Origin: an uncultured Clostridia bacterium
GTDB lineage: Bacteria; Acidobacteriota; Aminicenantia; UBA2199
DNA length: 64,000 nt
Assembly (NCBI GenBank): GCA_964457225.1
Contig: CAYWEM010000003.1
Coordinates: 114 to 64,113 of the forward strand
Reading direction: 5' to 3'
The notes under the pieces are model-generated. The model saw only the letters and a list, made by a program, of their open reading frames with translations, made no database searches and was not told the origin of the DNA. The translations under genes and the position numbers were made by a program. This document shows positions 9,537-18,491 of the stretch, piece after piece. How positions within the stretch are numbered: the first letter of the stretch is position 1; every line of letters starts with the position of its first letter.

Positions 9537-10106
9537 TCACATCGGCTTTAAATTCTTGTCAAGCCTGTCAATAATCCTTTCCAGCCGGGCTTGACGGGTT
9601 TTTTCTGATTTGGCGTCAAGATAGAATCCGGCATACGCACGCTGTACCGAGTGCGACATGGCCAGTAAATTGCTGTAAGCAGGCTCATGCGGCAGAATGA
9701 TTTCCCTGAAAACCCGGATTTGTTCATCACTGATTACGGTTCGTTCGGCATTAGCCCATGAACCGTTTTTCCTGGCGCGTTCGACGGCTTGCAAACCTTG
9801 CCGGGTCATTAAACCTTTTTCCATGAGAGCCTGGGCCAGTTTTTTATTTTTTTCCGACCACTTGCTTTTCGGCAGGCGTCGCGCAAAGTACTTTTTGTAA
9901 GTACTTTCGTCAAGGGATTCAATCTGCCCGTCTATCCATCCGTGACAAAGCGCCTCCTCCAATGCATCGGCGGCAGAGAGCGTGAGGGGTTTTCCTTTTT
10001 TGCTGAAGAGCAACCATATGCCGTCGCTCTCTGCTCCATTCTCTCCAAGCCACTCCCGGAAGGCCTGCCTGTCAGTGAATGCCAGTATTTTGCTCATATC
10101 TTTCAA
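9537..10106 (-). CDS. YdeI/OmpD-associated family protein (PF13376-like)
   Basis: ALCHGWIDGQ...YFARRLPKSKWS...GLMTRQGL matches the pattern of the YdeI (bacteriocin-protection) family. Confidence 0.6.
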   Translation of the reverse strand: MKDMSKILAFTDRQAFREWLGENGAESDGIWLLFSKKGKPLTLSAADALEEALCHGWIDGQIESLDESTYKKYFARRLPKSKWSEKNKKLAQALMEKGLMTRQGLQAVERARKNGSWANAERTVISDEQIRVFREIILPHEPAYSNLLAMSHSVQRAYAGFYLDAKSEKTRQARLERIIDRLDKNLKPM

Positions 10107-10123
10107 AAAGATGTGAAACTGTA

Positions 10124-10510
10124 TTAATCAACAGGAGGTTTAGTCAACGACCAATGACTGTGGATGATTTTCCACTCGTTGTTTTCTTCAAGCCTGTACA
10201 CCTCCGTGCAATTCTCCTTCCAGAGAGTTTCGCCTGAATATGAGTGCAGATTGTAGGTCAAAACTGCCATTGTTTCGCTTTGTTGTACAACGGGATTTAT
10301 CATTTCAAATTTATCCATCTTTATTTTTCCACGCATGCTCTCATAGAATTCTTTTATCTTGTCCCAACCGTCAAGCCGCCTCTCATGGGCAGGATCGAAA
10401 TAAGTAAAGTCTTTCGAATAAAGCTCAAGATAGTGAGAAGGATTTCCATTGTGCCAGGCCTCAAGAGCAGCTGTCTCCAGGGCAATTATGGTTTCTGCAA
10501 TAGATTTCAT
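10124..10510 (-). CDS. SnoaL-like/NTF2-like (DUF4440) small protein
   Basis: MKSIAETIIALETAALEAWHNGNP...YFDP...EWKIIHSHWS. The internal Met at 10510 was chosen because a GGAGG RBS precedes it. The longer ORF runs into the intergenic region. Confidence 0.6.
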   Translation of the reverse strand: MKSIAETIIALETAALEAWHNGNPSHYLELYSKDFTYFDPAHERRLDGWDKIKEFYESMRGKIKMDKFEMINPVVQQSETMAVLTYNLHSYSGETLWKENCTEVYRLEENNEWKIIHSHWSLTKPPVD

Positions 10511-10823
10511 GAATCGACCTCCTTTTTCTGACAACTGTTTACCCAAAGTTCGGATGATAAGACCAGGGGGAATTCCTGTCAACCAATTGCTCCAAACCCT
10601 TGCGGCCACTTGCCAACCACTCCTTTTTGGAGGTGACAGAGCTGATCTGCTTTTTTCGCTGCGTCCCTTCTCATAATTCAGGATTTGATCTCTTTGCATT
10701 GTACGAACCTGTTCAAAACAATCCTTTCGGGTAGATTCTTACCTGAGGCATCGATACCATCTTCGGGTAGTTTTTCAGTGAGGCAATGCGAAGACTTGAC
10801 CCCCTGATATTTTTTTCTGTAAA

Positions 10824-11576
10824 ATGGCCGCAATGCGTATCAAGATCAACTTTGCCCTGGAAAGACAGATCAGGATTCCCATAGAGTACAACTACCACCT
10901 CTACCTGGCCCTGCGCCGCACCCTGTTCGCCTACCTGCGCCGCCACGAACCCGGCCTGCTCCAGAGCTACAAGTTGGATTTTCCGGCCATGACCTTTTCC
11001 CAGCTGCTGATTCCCCAGCGCCGGGTGGAATACGGCTTCATCAACATTGAAAGCCACTACCTGTCCATGCTGGTCGGCTCCCCGGAAGAGCGCTTCATCG
11101 AAATGCTGGCCGCGGCCGTCCAGGATCGCGGGCGTTTCAGCATTTACCGCCACCAGCTGGGCGTATCCAAGATCCAGATCCTGGAAGAACCATATTTCAG
11201 CCCGGTTATGAAGTGGAAATTGCTTTCCCCCTTTGTACTGGCCCGCCGCGAAAAGGGCCGGGTCAGCTTTGCCCGGCCCGGTGACGCAGATCTCAGCAGC
11301 CTGCTGGCCGCGAGCCTGATCTCCCGCTACGGCCGCCTGTTGAAACGCCGGCTTGGCCCGGATGAAATCAGCATCACCCTGAACCAGGATTACAGCCGCA
11401 GTCACAAGAACCTGACCAAGCTGATCAGCGTGCGCAACATCCATTACAAGGCCATTCACTGTCCCTTCACCCTGAAAGCCCCCATGGAAATAATCCGCCC
11501 TGCTTATGCCGGCGGTATCGGCGAAAAACCCCATTACGGTTTCGGCATGATCGAGCTGGCCAACCAAGGCGAGTGA
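10824..11576 (+). CDS. cas6: Cas6-type CRISPR-associated endoribonuclease homolog (orphan: no array or other cas genes in the window)
   Basis: 250 aa. N-terminus MRIKINFALERQIRIPIEYNYHLYLAL has the Cas6 ferredoxin-fold beta1 pattern with candidate catalytic Tyr and His. C-terminal glycine-rich loop GGIGEKPHYGFGMIEL closely matches the P. furiosus Cas6 loop GFGEKTSMGFGMV, as recalled from memory. The overlapping minus-strand ORF 10713..11672 is Q/G/A-rich antisense noise. Confidence 0.75.
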   Translation: MAAMRIKINFALERQIRIPIEYNYHLYLALRRTLFAYLRRHEPGLLQSYKLDFPAMTFSQLLIPQRRVEYGFINIESHYLSMLVGSPEERFIEMLAAAVQDRGRFSIYRHQLGVSKIQILEEPYFSPVMKWKLLSPFVLARREKGRVSFARPGDADLSSLLAASLISRYGRLLKRRLGPDEISITLNQDYSRSHKNLTKLISVRNIHYKAIHCPFTLKAPMEIIRPAYAGGIGEKPHYGFGMIELANQGE

Positions 11577-11607
11577 AAACGCCCGCTTACAGCCAAGCTT
11601 TTCCCCG

Positions 11608-12525
11608 ATGATCGAGGACTGCCCGAAAACCCTGCTGGCGGTCAACCCGGCGGCCGGACACGGCCGTGGCAAAAAGGTTTACCATGCCCTGGCCGCGGAC
11701 CTGGAACAATCGATTCCCGGCCTGGAAACAGTGATATCCGGCCGGCCCGGCCATACCCGGGAAATAGGACGCCAGGCCGCCCTGCGGGGTATCAGGCGAC
11801 TGATCTGCCTGGGCGGCGACGGTACTCCTTTCGAAGTACTCAACGGGTATTACAGCACCGTCGGGACGGACCGACGCCTGGAACTGGGCCTGATTCCGGC
11901 CGGAACCGGCAATTCCTTCCTGCGCGATTTCGGGCTCATAGGACCGCGCCAGGCATTAGATTCCATCCTGTCCGGGCGGAAGCGGCCGGTAGACCTGATG
12001 GAGTTCAACTGTCGGACCGGGTCTGAATTCAAGCCTTATTTCTCGCTCAACCTGGTCGGCATCGGACTGATCGCCGACATCCTGGAACTGACCAACAAGC
12101 GCTTCAAGTTCCTCGGCCCGATGGGCTACAGCCTGGCCGTACTGGTCAGCCTGGCCCGGGGCCTGCGCAATGAGATACGGATCAGCGGCGGCGGCCGGAC
12201 GCGGCAGGTGCTGAACAGCGCCCTGGTTATCAACAATTCCCGTTATACCGGGGGGCGCATGCTGATCGCACCCGGGGCCGATCCGGGCGACGGACTGGCT
12301 GAGCTGGTGCTGTTCAACCAGGTCAAGCGCCGGGACATAATCGGGATTTTCCGGCGCGTCTTTACCGGCACCCATACTGAACATCCCAAAGTAGAGCGGA
12401 TCAGCTGCGCGGAGTTCAACATCAGCGCCGAACCGGACCTGCAGGTCATGGCCGACGGAGAACTGCTGGGCCGCACCCCGCTGCAACTGAGGGTTCACCA
12501 GGGGCTCATAGATCTTCTGGCATGA
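11608..12525 (+). CDS. Diacylglycerol-kinase catalytic-domain lipid kinase (YegS/BmrU family)
   Basis: LLAVNPAAGHGRGKK...LICLGGDGTPFEVLNG...LGLIPAGTGNSF are the DAGK_cat motifs. Start is 32 nt after the cas6 stop. Confidence 0.85.
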   Translation: MIEDCPKTLLAVNPAAGHGRGKKVYHALAADLEQSIPGLETVISGRPGHTREIGRQAALRGIRRLICLGGDGTPFEVLNGYYSTVGTDRRLELGLIPAGTGNSFLRDFGLIGPRQALDSILSGRKRPVDLMEFNCRTGSEFKPYFSLNLVGIGLIADILELTNKRFKFLGPMGYSLAVLVSLARGLRNEIRISGGGRTRQVLNSALVINNSRYTGGRMLIAPGADPGDGLAELVLFNQVKRRDIIGIFRRVFTGTHTEHPKVERISCAEFNISAEPDLQVMADGELLGRTPLQLRVHQGLIDLLA

Positions 12526-13244
12526 AAACGGCTAAACGAATCATACTGACCCTGCCGGCCTGGCTGCTTGGTTTTCCGGCTTTCGCCTGCTGCTGCCTGC
12601 TGATCGTGCTGGTTTCACTCATCAGCCGGGGCCGACTGCTGGAAGCCGTACTCAAGTTCAGCTGCCGCCTGGTTTTGTTGCTTTGCGGCATCCGCACCAA
12701 GTGGGACGGCCTGGAGCATTTCGATCCCGGCCGTCAATACCTGATCATGATGAACCACGTCAACTTTCTGGACACCTTTGTCTTTTATGCCCGTTTCCCC
12801 GGACGGGCCCGGGCCCTGGAAGAAGAATCCCACTTCTCCTGGCCGCTTTACGGCGCCATGCTGCGGCGCATCGGCATGATTCCGATCAACCGCCGCCAAC
12901 CGGCCCAGGCCCTGAAAAACCTGGAAAAAAGCGCGGACCTGATTCTGAAAGTTCCGGGGCAATCAATCGTCATCATGCCGGAAGGGACCCGCAGTCGCGA
13001 CGGACGCCTGGGCCCCTTCAAACGGGGCGGCTTCCTGCTGGCCCTGCAGACCGGACTGGAGATACTGCCCGTGGTTCAGCAAGGAGCCCACGACATCAAC
13101 CGCAAAGGCAGTCTGCTGATCAACCCGGGCCGGGTCAAGCTGGAGATACTGGCGCCGATCGCCACCCGGGAGCATTCCCGGCGGGATTTGGACAAACTGC
13201 TGGAAAAAACCCGAAAAGCTTTTCTCAGCAAGCTGGGAGAATGA
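12522..13244 (+). CDS. plsC: 1-acyl-sn-glycerol-3-phosphate acyltransferase (PlsC/LPLAT family) with N-terminal TM anchor
   Basis: HxxxxD motif in MMNHVNFLDT, then PEGTRSRDG. ATGA start/stop overlap with the upstream kinase gene. Confidence 0.85.
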   Translation: MKTAKRIILTLPAWLLGFPAFACCCLLIVLVSLISRGRLLEAVLKFSCRLVLLLCGIRTKWDGLEHFDPGRQYLIMMNHVNFLDTFVFYARFPGRARALEEESHFSWPLYGAMLRRIGMIPINRRQPAQALKNLEKSADLILKVPGQSIVIMPEGTRSRDGRLGPFKRGGFLLALQTGLEILPVVQQGAHDINRKGSLLINPGRVKLEILAPIATREHSRRDLDKLLEKTRKAFLSKLGE

Positions 13245-13279
13245 AACCAAGCGCCTTTTTGTGACCCGGTTGAAGAATT

Positions 13280-15361
13280 ATGCTACAATTTAAGATGAAA
13301 AAAATTCTGCTATTCCTGCTGCTGCTTTCCCTGCCGGCGGCGGTTTTCAGTTACGTGGGCCCGGGCGCCGGTTTCGCCTTCGTTGGTTCTTTCCTGTTCA
13401 TTTTCCTGGCCTTTATCCTGGCTGCGGTCAACCTGTTGACCTTTCCGCTGCGCCTGCTGTTCCGCAACCTGAAAAAACTGCTGAAAAAACAGAAAGCCCG
13501 TTTTTCGCGGGTACTGGTCATCGGTTTCGACGGCATGGATTACAATCTCCTGCGCCACTACCTGCAGGATAAATCCTTTCGTGACCATTTGCCGAATTTC
13601 AGCGCCTTGAGAGATTCCGGATCCTTTCTGCCCCTGCTGAGCAGCGAGCCCCCCATCTCCCCCGTGGCCTGGTCGACTTTCGCCACCGGGGTGAATCCCG
13701 GCAAACACAACATCTTCGACTTCCTGGCCACCGACCGGGCTACTTACATGCCCAAGCTGGCCTGCTCGGAAATCCTGCCCGGCGGCAAATGCCTGAGATT
13801 CGGTAAATTGCAGATACCCCTGCCCGGCGGCGGCATTGAAGCCAAGAGAAAATCCCTGTCTTTCTGGAAAACTGCGGCCGGGCACGGAGTTTACAGCCAG
13901 GTTCTGCGCGTGCCCTTCACCTTTCCACCGGAGTCCTTTTACGGCACCATGCTGGCCGGGCTGGGTACCCCGGACCTGCGCGGCACCCAGGGCAGTTTTA
14001 CTTTTTTCAGCACCGAAGCGGAAAAGGACAGCGGCATCAGCGAGGGATTGATCGAGAAACTGGAGCCGGGCCCGGACGGTAGCTACCGAGGGCGCATCCG
14101 GGGGCCGCGCAATCCTTTCATGACCGATCAGCCCCTGCTGTATCTGCCATTCCAGGTATCCCGGGACCTGCAAGCCGGCACGGCCACGGTCATCCTGGAA
14201 GACAAGCAAATCGTACTGCGGCCCGGTGAATTTTCAGCCTGGATGCCGCTGAAATTCCGCACCGGTTTGCTCTCGATTTCGGGAATCGCCCAATGGCTGC
14301 TGAAAGACCTGGATCCCCTGAAAATCTACCTGTCGCCTTTGAACATCGATCCGGAAGCCCCTTCCATGCCGGTTTCCCAGCCCAAGACTTTCGCCGCCTA
14401 CCTGGCCAAGCGCCTGGGTCCCTTCGCCACCCTGGGCATGGCCGAGGACACCTGGGCCCTGAACGAAGGCCTGCTGAACGAGGGGGAATTCCTGGCTCAG
14501 ACCTGGCAGATGCAGCAGGAGAGGGAAAATATCTTTTTCGACGGCCTGGACAAGATAAAAACAGGACTGCTGGTGGCGGTGTTCGAAGCCACCGACCGGG
14601 TTCAGCACATGTTCTGGCGCGACAACGGCCAAGACGGTTCACCGCTCCCCGGACCCGAGGTGTTTGAAAGCTACCGGCGCATGGACGAACTACTGGGCCG
14701 AGTCCTGCCTCGCATCAAACCAGACGACCTCCTGCTGGTGGTTTCCGATCACGGCTTCAGTTCTTTCAGGCGCGAGTTCCACCTCAACAGCTGGCTGAAG
14801 CAGGAAGGCTACCTGGTACTGAAGCAGGGTTCCACCAGCAGCGCCAAGTGGTACGCCGAAGTTGACTGGTCTAGAAGCCGGGCCTACGGCCAGGGCCTGA
14901 ACGGAATTTACCTGAACCTGAAAAACCGCGAACGCCAGGGCATAGTAGAGCCCGGGGCCGAGGCCGAAAAACTCAAAGCGGAGATCAGGGATAAACTTTT
15001 GAAATTGGTCGATCCGGAAACCGGAATGCGCCCGCTGCGCCAGGTCCAGGCGGCCGACCGCCTCTACCGGGGACCTTACACCGGAAATGCCCCCGACCTG
15101 GTCATGGGTTATGAACGCGGCTTCCGGGTTTCCTGGGAATCTTCGGTAAACGTGGTCAGCGATAAAATATTCACCGACAACACCAGGCCCTGGAGCGGCG
15201 ATCATGCCTTCACCCGCGACCAGGTGCCCGGCATTCTATTCTGCAACCGCGCGGTAGCGACGGCCGACCCCGGGCTGATCGACATCGCGCCGACGGTACT
15301 CAGCCAGTTCGGCATCGCCAGGCCGGCTTACCTGGAGGGCCGTGATCTGGGCATCGGATAA
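13280..15361 (+). CDS. Alkaline-phosphatase-superfamily phosphodiesterase (type I phosphodiesterase/nucleotide pyrophosphatase, ENPP-like), membrane-anchored
   Basis: VIGFDGMDYN...ISPVAWSTFATGVNPGKHNIFDF...VVSDHGF. Two N-terminal hydrophobic helices. 693 aa. Confidence 0.8.
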   Translation: MLQFKMKKILLFLLLLSLPAAVFSYVGPGAGFAFVGSFLFIFLAFILAAVNLLTFPLRLLFRNLKKLLKKQKARFSRVLVIGFDGMDYNLLRHYLQDKSFRDHLPNFSALRDSGSFLPLLSSEPPISPVAWSTFATGVNPGKHNIFDFLATDRATYMPKLACSEILPGGKCLRFGKLQIPLPGGGIEAKRKSLSFWKTAAGHGVYSQVLRVPFTFPPESFYGTMLAGLGTPDLRGTQGSFTFFSTEAEKDSGISEGLIEKLEPGPDGSYRGRIRGPRNPFMTDQPLLYLPFQVSRDLQAGTATVILEDKQIVLRPGEFSAWMPLKFRTGLLSISGIAQWLLKDLDPLKIYLSPLNIDPEAPSMPVSQPKTFAAYLAKRLGPFATLGMAEDTWALNEGLLNEGEFLAQTWQMQQERENIFFDGLDKIKTGLLVAVFEATDRVQHMFWRDNGQDGSPLPGPEVFESYRRMDELLGRVLPRIKPDDLLLVVSDHGFSSFRREFHLNSWLKQEGYLVLKQGSTSSAKWYAEVDWSRSRAYGQGLNGIYLNLKNRERQGIVEPGAEAEKLKAEIRDKLLKLVDPETGMRPLRQVQAADRLYRGPYTGNAPDLVMGYERGFRVSWESSVNVVSDKIFTDNTRPWSGDHAFTRDQVPGILFCNRAVATADPGLIDIAPTVLSQFGIARPAYLEGRDLGIG

Positions 15362-15399
15362 GAGCCGGCCCGACCTTGTGGTAAAATCAAGGTGAAAAA

Positions 15400-17370
15400 A
15401 TGAAAAGACGTGAATTTCTAAGTAAAAGCATGCTCTGCGGGGCGGCCGCCCTGCTGCCCGGCGGCCTGGGACTGGCCGGATCGGCAAAAAAAAACATGGT
15501 CATCCTGGGCATAGACGGCATGGATCCTCACCGGGTAATGCGCCTGATGCGGAAAGGCCTGATGCCGGCCATGTCCCGGCTGGCCGAAACGGGAACTTTC
15601 ACCATGATGCGCTCGACCATCCCCCCCCAGAGCCCGGTGGCCTGGGCCAGTTTCATCAGCGGCGCCGATCCGGGGCGCACCGGCATTTTCGACTTCATCC
15701 ACCGCCAGCCGGAAGACTACCAGCCGATTTTTTCCCAGAGCGAAACCTTGCCGCCGGCCTGGCCCCTGAAGATAGGTAAATACAACATCCCCCTGAAAAG
15801 CGGTAAAACCATCCTGAAACGCGAGGGAACTTCTTTCTGGCAGCACCTGGAGGAAAAAGGCATCCCGGCCACCGTGATCAAGATTCCCAGCAACTTCCCA
15901 CCGGACCGCACCAAACAACGCACCATATCAGGCATGGGCACTCCGGACCTGCTGGGCACCTACGGCATCTACACGCTCTACACTTCCGATGAAAGGGAAG
16001 CCCGGCGAAAACTGCCGGCGGCCAATGTCAGTTACGCCTACATAGATGAAAACGACGTCATGGAAGGAGAAATAGAGGGACCGGTCAACGACCTGACCGC
16101 CGACAAGCCTCCGATTTACATTCCTTTCAAGGTTTACGTCGACCGGGTCAACCGCACCATCCGCATCGACATCCAGAAGCGCACCCTGCTGCTGGCCGCC
16201 GGAAAATACTCCGAATGGGTGGAAATAGACTTTTCCCTGATTCCTGGCCTGGCCTCGATCCAGGGCATGGTCAGGTTTTACCTGCTGAATTTCGATGAAC
16301 GATTCCGACTCTACGTTTCTCCAATCCACATCAACCCGGGCCGGCCGGCCGTGCCGATCAGCACCCCGGATTCCTACGCCGCAGACCTGGCCGCCGCAAT
16401 CGGCCCCTTTCACACCATCGGCCTGCCGGCCGACACCAAGGCCCTAAGTGACGGCACCTTCAACCTGGAACAGTTCCTGACCCAGTCCAATTCGGTGCTG
16501 GCAGAGAGCCGGCGTCTCTTCTTTCACGAACTGGCCGCTTTTCTGAGTCGCAGGGAAGGCCTTTTCTTCCACTATTTTTCTTCCCTGGACCAGAACCAGC
16601 ACATGTTCTGGGCCCTGGAAGACCAGGAACACCCATATTTCCAGGCGGAAGAAGCCCGCCGCTTCGCCGGTCTCACCGACCAACAGTACCGGGAATACGA
16701 CCAACTGCTGGCCGAAGTACAGCGCCTGCTGCCAGCGGACATCCCCCTGATGGTCATTTCCGACCACGGTTTCGCCCCCTTCAGGCGCCGGGTCAACATC
16801 AACAACTGGCTGGCTGAAAACGGTTACCTGGCCTTGCGCCGCGGCCGTCCCCAGGATGGCGGGACCCTGTTTTCCGAGGTCGACTGGGGACGCTCCCGGG
16901 CCTATGCCCTGGGCCTGAACGGCCTTTACCTGAACCTGGCCGGTCGTGAAGCCGAGGGCCTGGTTAAGGAAGAGGACCGGGAAAAGCTGCTGCGGGAAAT
17001 ATCCAGCGGGCTGGAAAACATCACAGACCCTGTTTCCGGCAGCCGGGCGGTCAGCCGGGCCTACGTAAGCAGCGAGCATTTTTCGCCGGATTACCTTGAT
17101 CGCGCCCCGGACATCATCGTCGGTTTCGAGCGCGGTTTCCGCATCAGCGATGATTCGGCCCTGGGTGTGTTCGGTGCTGAGCTGATCTCGGACAATCTGA
17201 ACTGGTGGTCGGCCGACCATTGCGTGGATCCGGCCCGGGTCCCGGCCCTGTTCGCCGCCAACTTCAAGATAAACGAATCTTTCCCGGCCATGGTCGACCT
17301 GGCCCCGACCATATTGAAAAACTTCAATCTGGCCGTTCCAAAGGCCATGACCGGCAAAGCTCTCATCTGA
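15400..17370 (+). CDS. Alkaline-phosphatase-superfamily phosphodiesterase (ENPP-like), paralog of the upstream gene with a Tat-type signal
   Basis: MKRREFLSKSMLCGAAALL has a twin-arginine motif. ILGIDGMDPH...QSPVAWASFISGADPGRTGIFDF...VISDHGF. 656 aa. Confidence 0.8.
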   Translation: MKRREFLSKSMLCGAAALLPGGLGLAGSAKKNMVILGIDGMDPHRVMRLMRKGLMPAMSRLAETGTFTMMRSTIPPQSPVAWASFISGADPGRTGIFDFIHRQPEDYQPIFSQSETLPPAWPLKIGKYNIPLKSGKTILKREGTSFWQHLEEKGIPATVIKIPSNFPPDRTKQRTISGMGTPDLLGTYGIYTLYTSDEREARRKLPAANVSYAYIDENDVMEGEIEGPVNDLTADKPPIYIPFKVYVDRVNRTIRIDIQKRTLLLAAGKYSEWVEIDFSLIPGLASIQGMVRFYLLNFDERFRLYVSPIHINPGRPAVPISTPDSYAADLAAAIGPFHTIGLPADTKALSDGTFNLEQFLTQSNSVLAESRRLFFHELAAFLSRREGLFFHYFSSLDQNQHMFWALEDQEHPYFQAEEARRFAGLTDQQYREYDQLLAEVQRLLPADIPLMVISDHGFAPFRRRVNINNWLAENGYLALRRGRPQDGGTLFSEVDWGRSRAYALGLNGLYLNLAGREAEGLVKEEDREKLLREISSGLENITDPVSGSRAVSRAYVSSEHFSPDYLDRAPDIIVGFERGFRISDDSALGVFGAELISDNLNWWSADHCVDPARVPALFAANFKINESFPAMVDLAPTILKNFNLAVPKAMTGKALI

Positions 17371-17383
17371 ATCAGGAGGATCA

Positions 17384-17572
17384 ATGGCAAAAAAAGTCAA
17401 ACTCTCCAGCGAGGCCCTGCGCAAGGCCGATGAGATAATAGCCCTGCAGGGTTATTCCTCATTGGAAGAAATGGTCGAGGAACTGATCGCCCGTGAATTC
17501 GAGAAGATCAAATCCGGTGATGACCCGGAAGAAATGGCTGAAAGGCTGAGCGGCCTCGGTTACATTTCCTGA
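17384..17572 (+). CDS. Small (62 aa) acidic protein, possibly ribbon-helix-helix-like
   Basis: GGAGG RBS. MAKKVKLSSEALRKADEIIALQGYSSLEEMVEELIAREF has a strand-helix-helix pattern. Its stop overlaps the next start (TGATG). Confidence 0.5.
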   Translation: MAKKVKLSSEALRKADEIIALQGYSSLEEMVEELIAREFEKIKSGDDPEEMAERLSGLGYIS

Positions 17573-18393
17573 TGCTTTACCAGCTGCATCACCTGCTTCA
17601 GCGGGGGCTGGACATCCTGCTGACTCCACTGGACCGCCTCTCGCCCTGGCTTGGCCTCGGCGGCCTGGCCCTGCTGAGCACCTTCCTGGTTCTGCCCGTA
17701 TACCGCTTTCTCACCCGGCCTGAAAGGCTCAAGGCCTGTAAAAACCAGATCAAGGCCAATATCCTGGCCATCCGCATATACCGCGATTTTTGGCGGGTCA
17801 TCGTGGCTTCCTTCGGCCGCAGCCTGGGCTGGACCTCGCTTTATTTCGCCCAGCACCTGCTGCCCCTGCTGCTGCTGGTGCCCCTGCTCTGGCCCCTGCT
17901 GCTGCAGATGGACGCCCGTTACGGCCGCCGAACCTTTCACGAAGGGGAAGCTTTCGTTCTGCACGCCGTAATGCAAGACGACCTGGCTGACTCAGAACTT
18001 CGATTGCTGGACAGCGAGGCGGTCAAACCGCTGATGAACCCGGTACGGGTCAAGGCCCTGGGCGAAATGAACTGGCAACTGGCCCCGACCAACGAGGGCA
18101 GGCATACAATCCGGCTGGAAATCAACGGGCGGGAGATCGAAAAGGAAGTAGTCGCCGGGCGGCATGTCGGTATGCTTTCCTGGCGTCGGGCGGTTCCCGA
18201 CCTGGAAAGCGCCCTGCTGGCCCCCCTGGAAAAGTCCCTGCCGTCTTCAGCGGGCCTGAAGGAAATCAGCTTCGCCTATCCCCCGGCCCGCATGAAACTG
18301 GGGCCGTTTTCCGGGCACTGGCTGATCCCCTACCTGCTGCTGGTCCTGGTCCTGGCCCTCTGCTTCAGAAAAAGGTTCGGAGTCGAGTTTTAG
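17572..18393 (+). CDS. Hypothetical integral membrane protein
   Basis: Several hydrophobic helices (LALLSTFLVLPV, LLPLLLLVPLLWPLLL, LIPYLLLVLVLAL). Translationally coupled to the upstream small ORF. Confidence 0.55.
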   Translation: MLYQLHHLLQRGLDILLTPLDRLSPWLGLGGLALLSTFLVLPVYRFLTRPERLKACKNQIKANILAIRIYRDFWRVIVASFGRSLGWTSLYFAQHLLPLLLLVPLLWPLLLQMDARYGRRTFHEGEAFVLHAVMQDDLADSELRLLDSEAVKPLMNPVRVKALGEMNWQLAPTNEGRHTIRLEINGREIEKEVVAGRHVGMLSWRRAVPDLESALLAPLEKSLPSSAGLKEISFAYPPARMKLGPFSGHWLIPYLLLVLVLALCFRKRFGVEF

Positions 18394-18491
18394 AGTTAAT
18401 ATTCCAAGCAGGGAAAGCGAAAAAAACAGCTGATCCTGTAAAGCTTATATCGGGGCTTTTTTCAGGTATAATACGGCCTTGAGGAGTCCCC

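Noticed and set aside
10713-11672. 319-aa minus-strand ORF overlapping the cas6-like gene
   Set aside because: Q/G/A-rich low-complexity translation typical of the antisense frame in GC-rich DNA. The plus-strand ORF has specific Cas6 motifs and operon context.
12683-13264. 193-aa Pro/Arg-rich plus-strand ORF
   Set aside because: Alternate frame of the plsC gene. Composition is an artefact of GC-rich codons.
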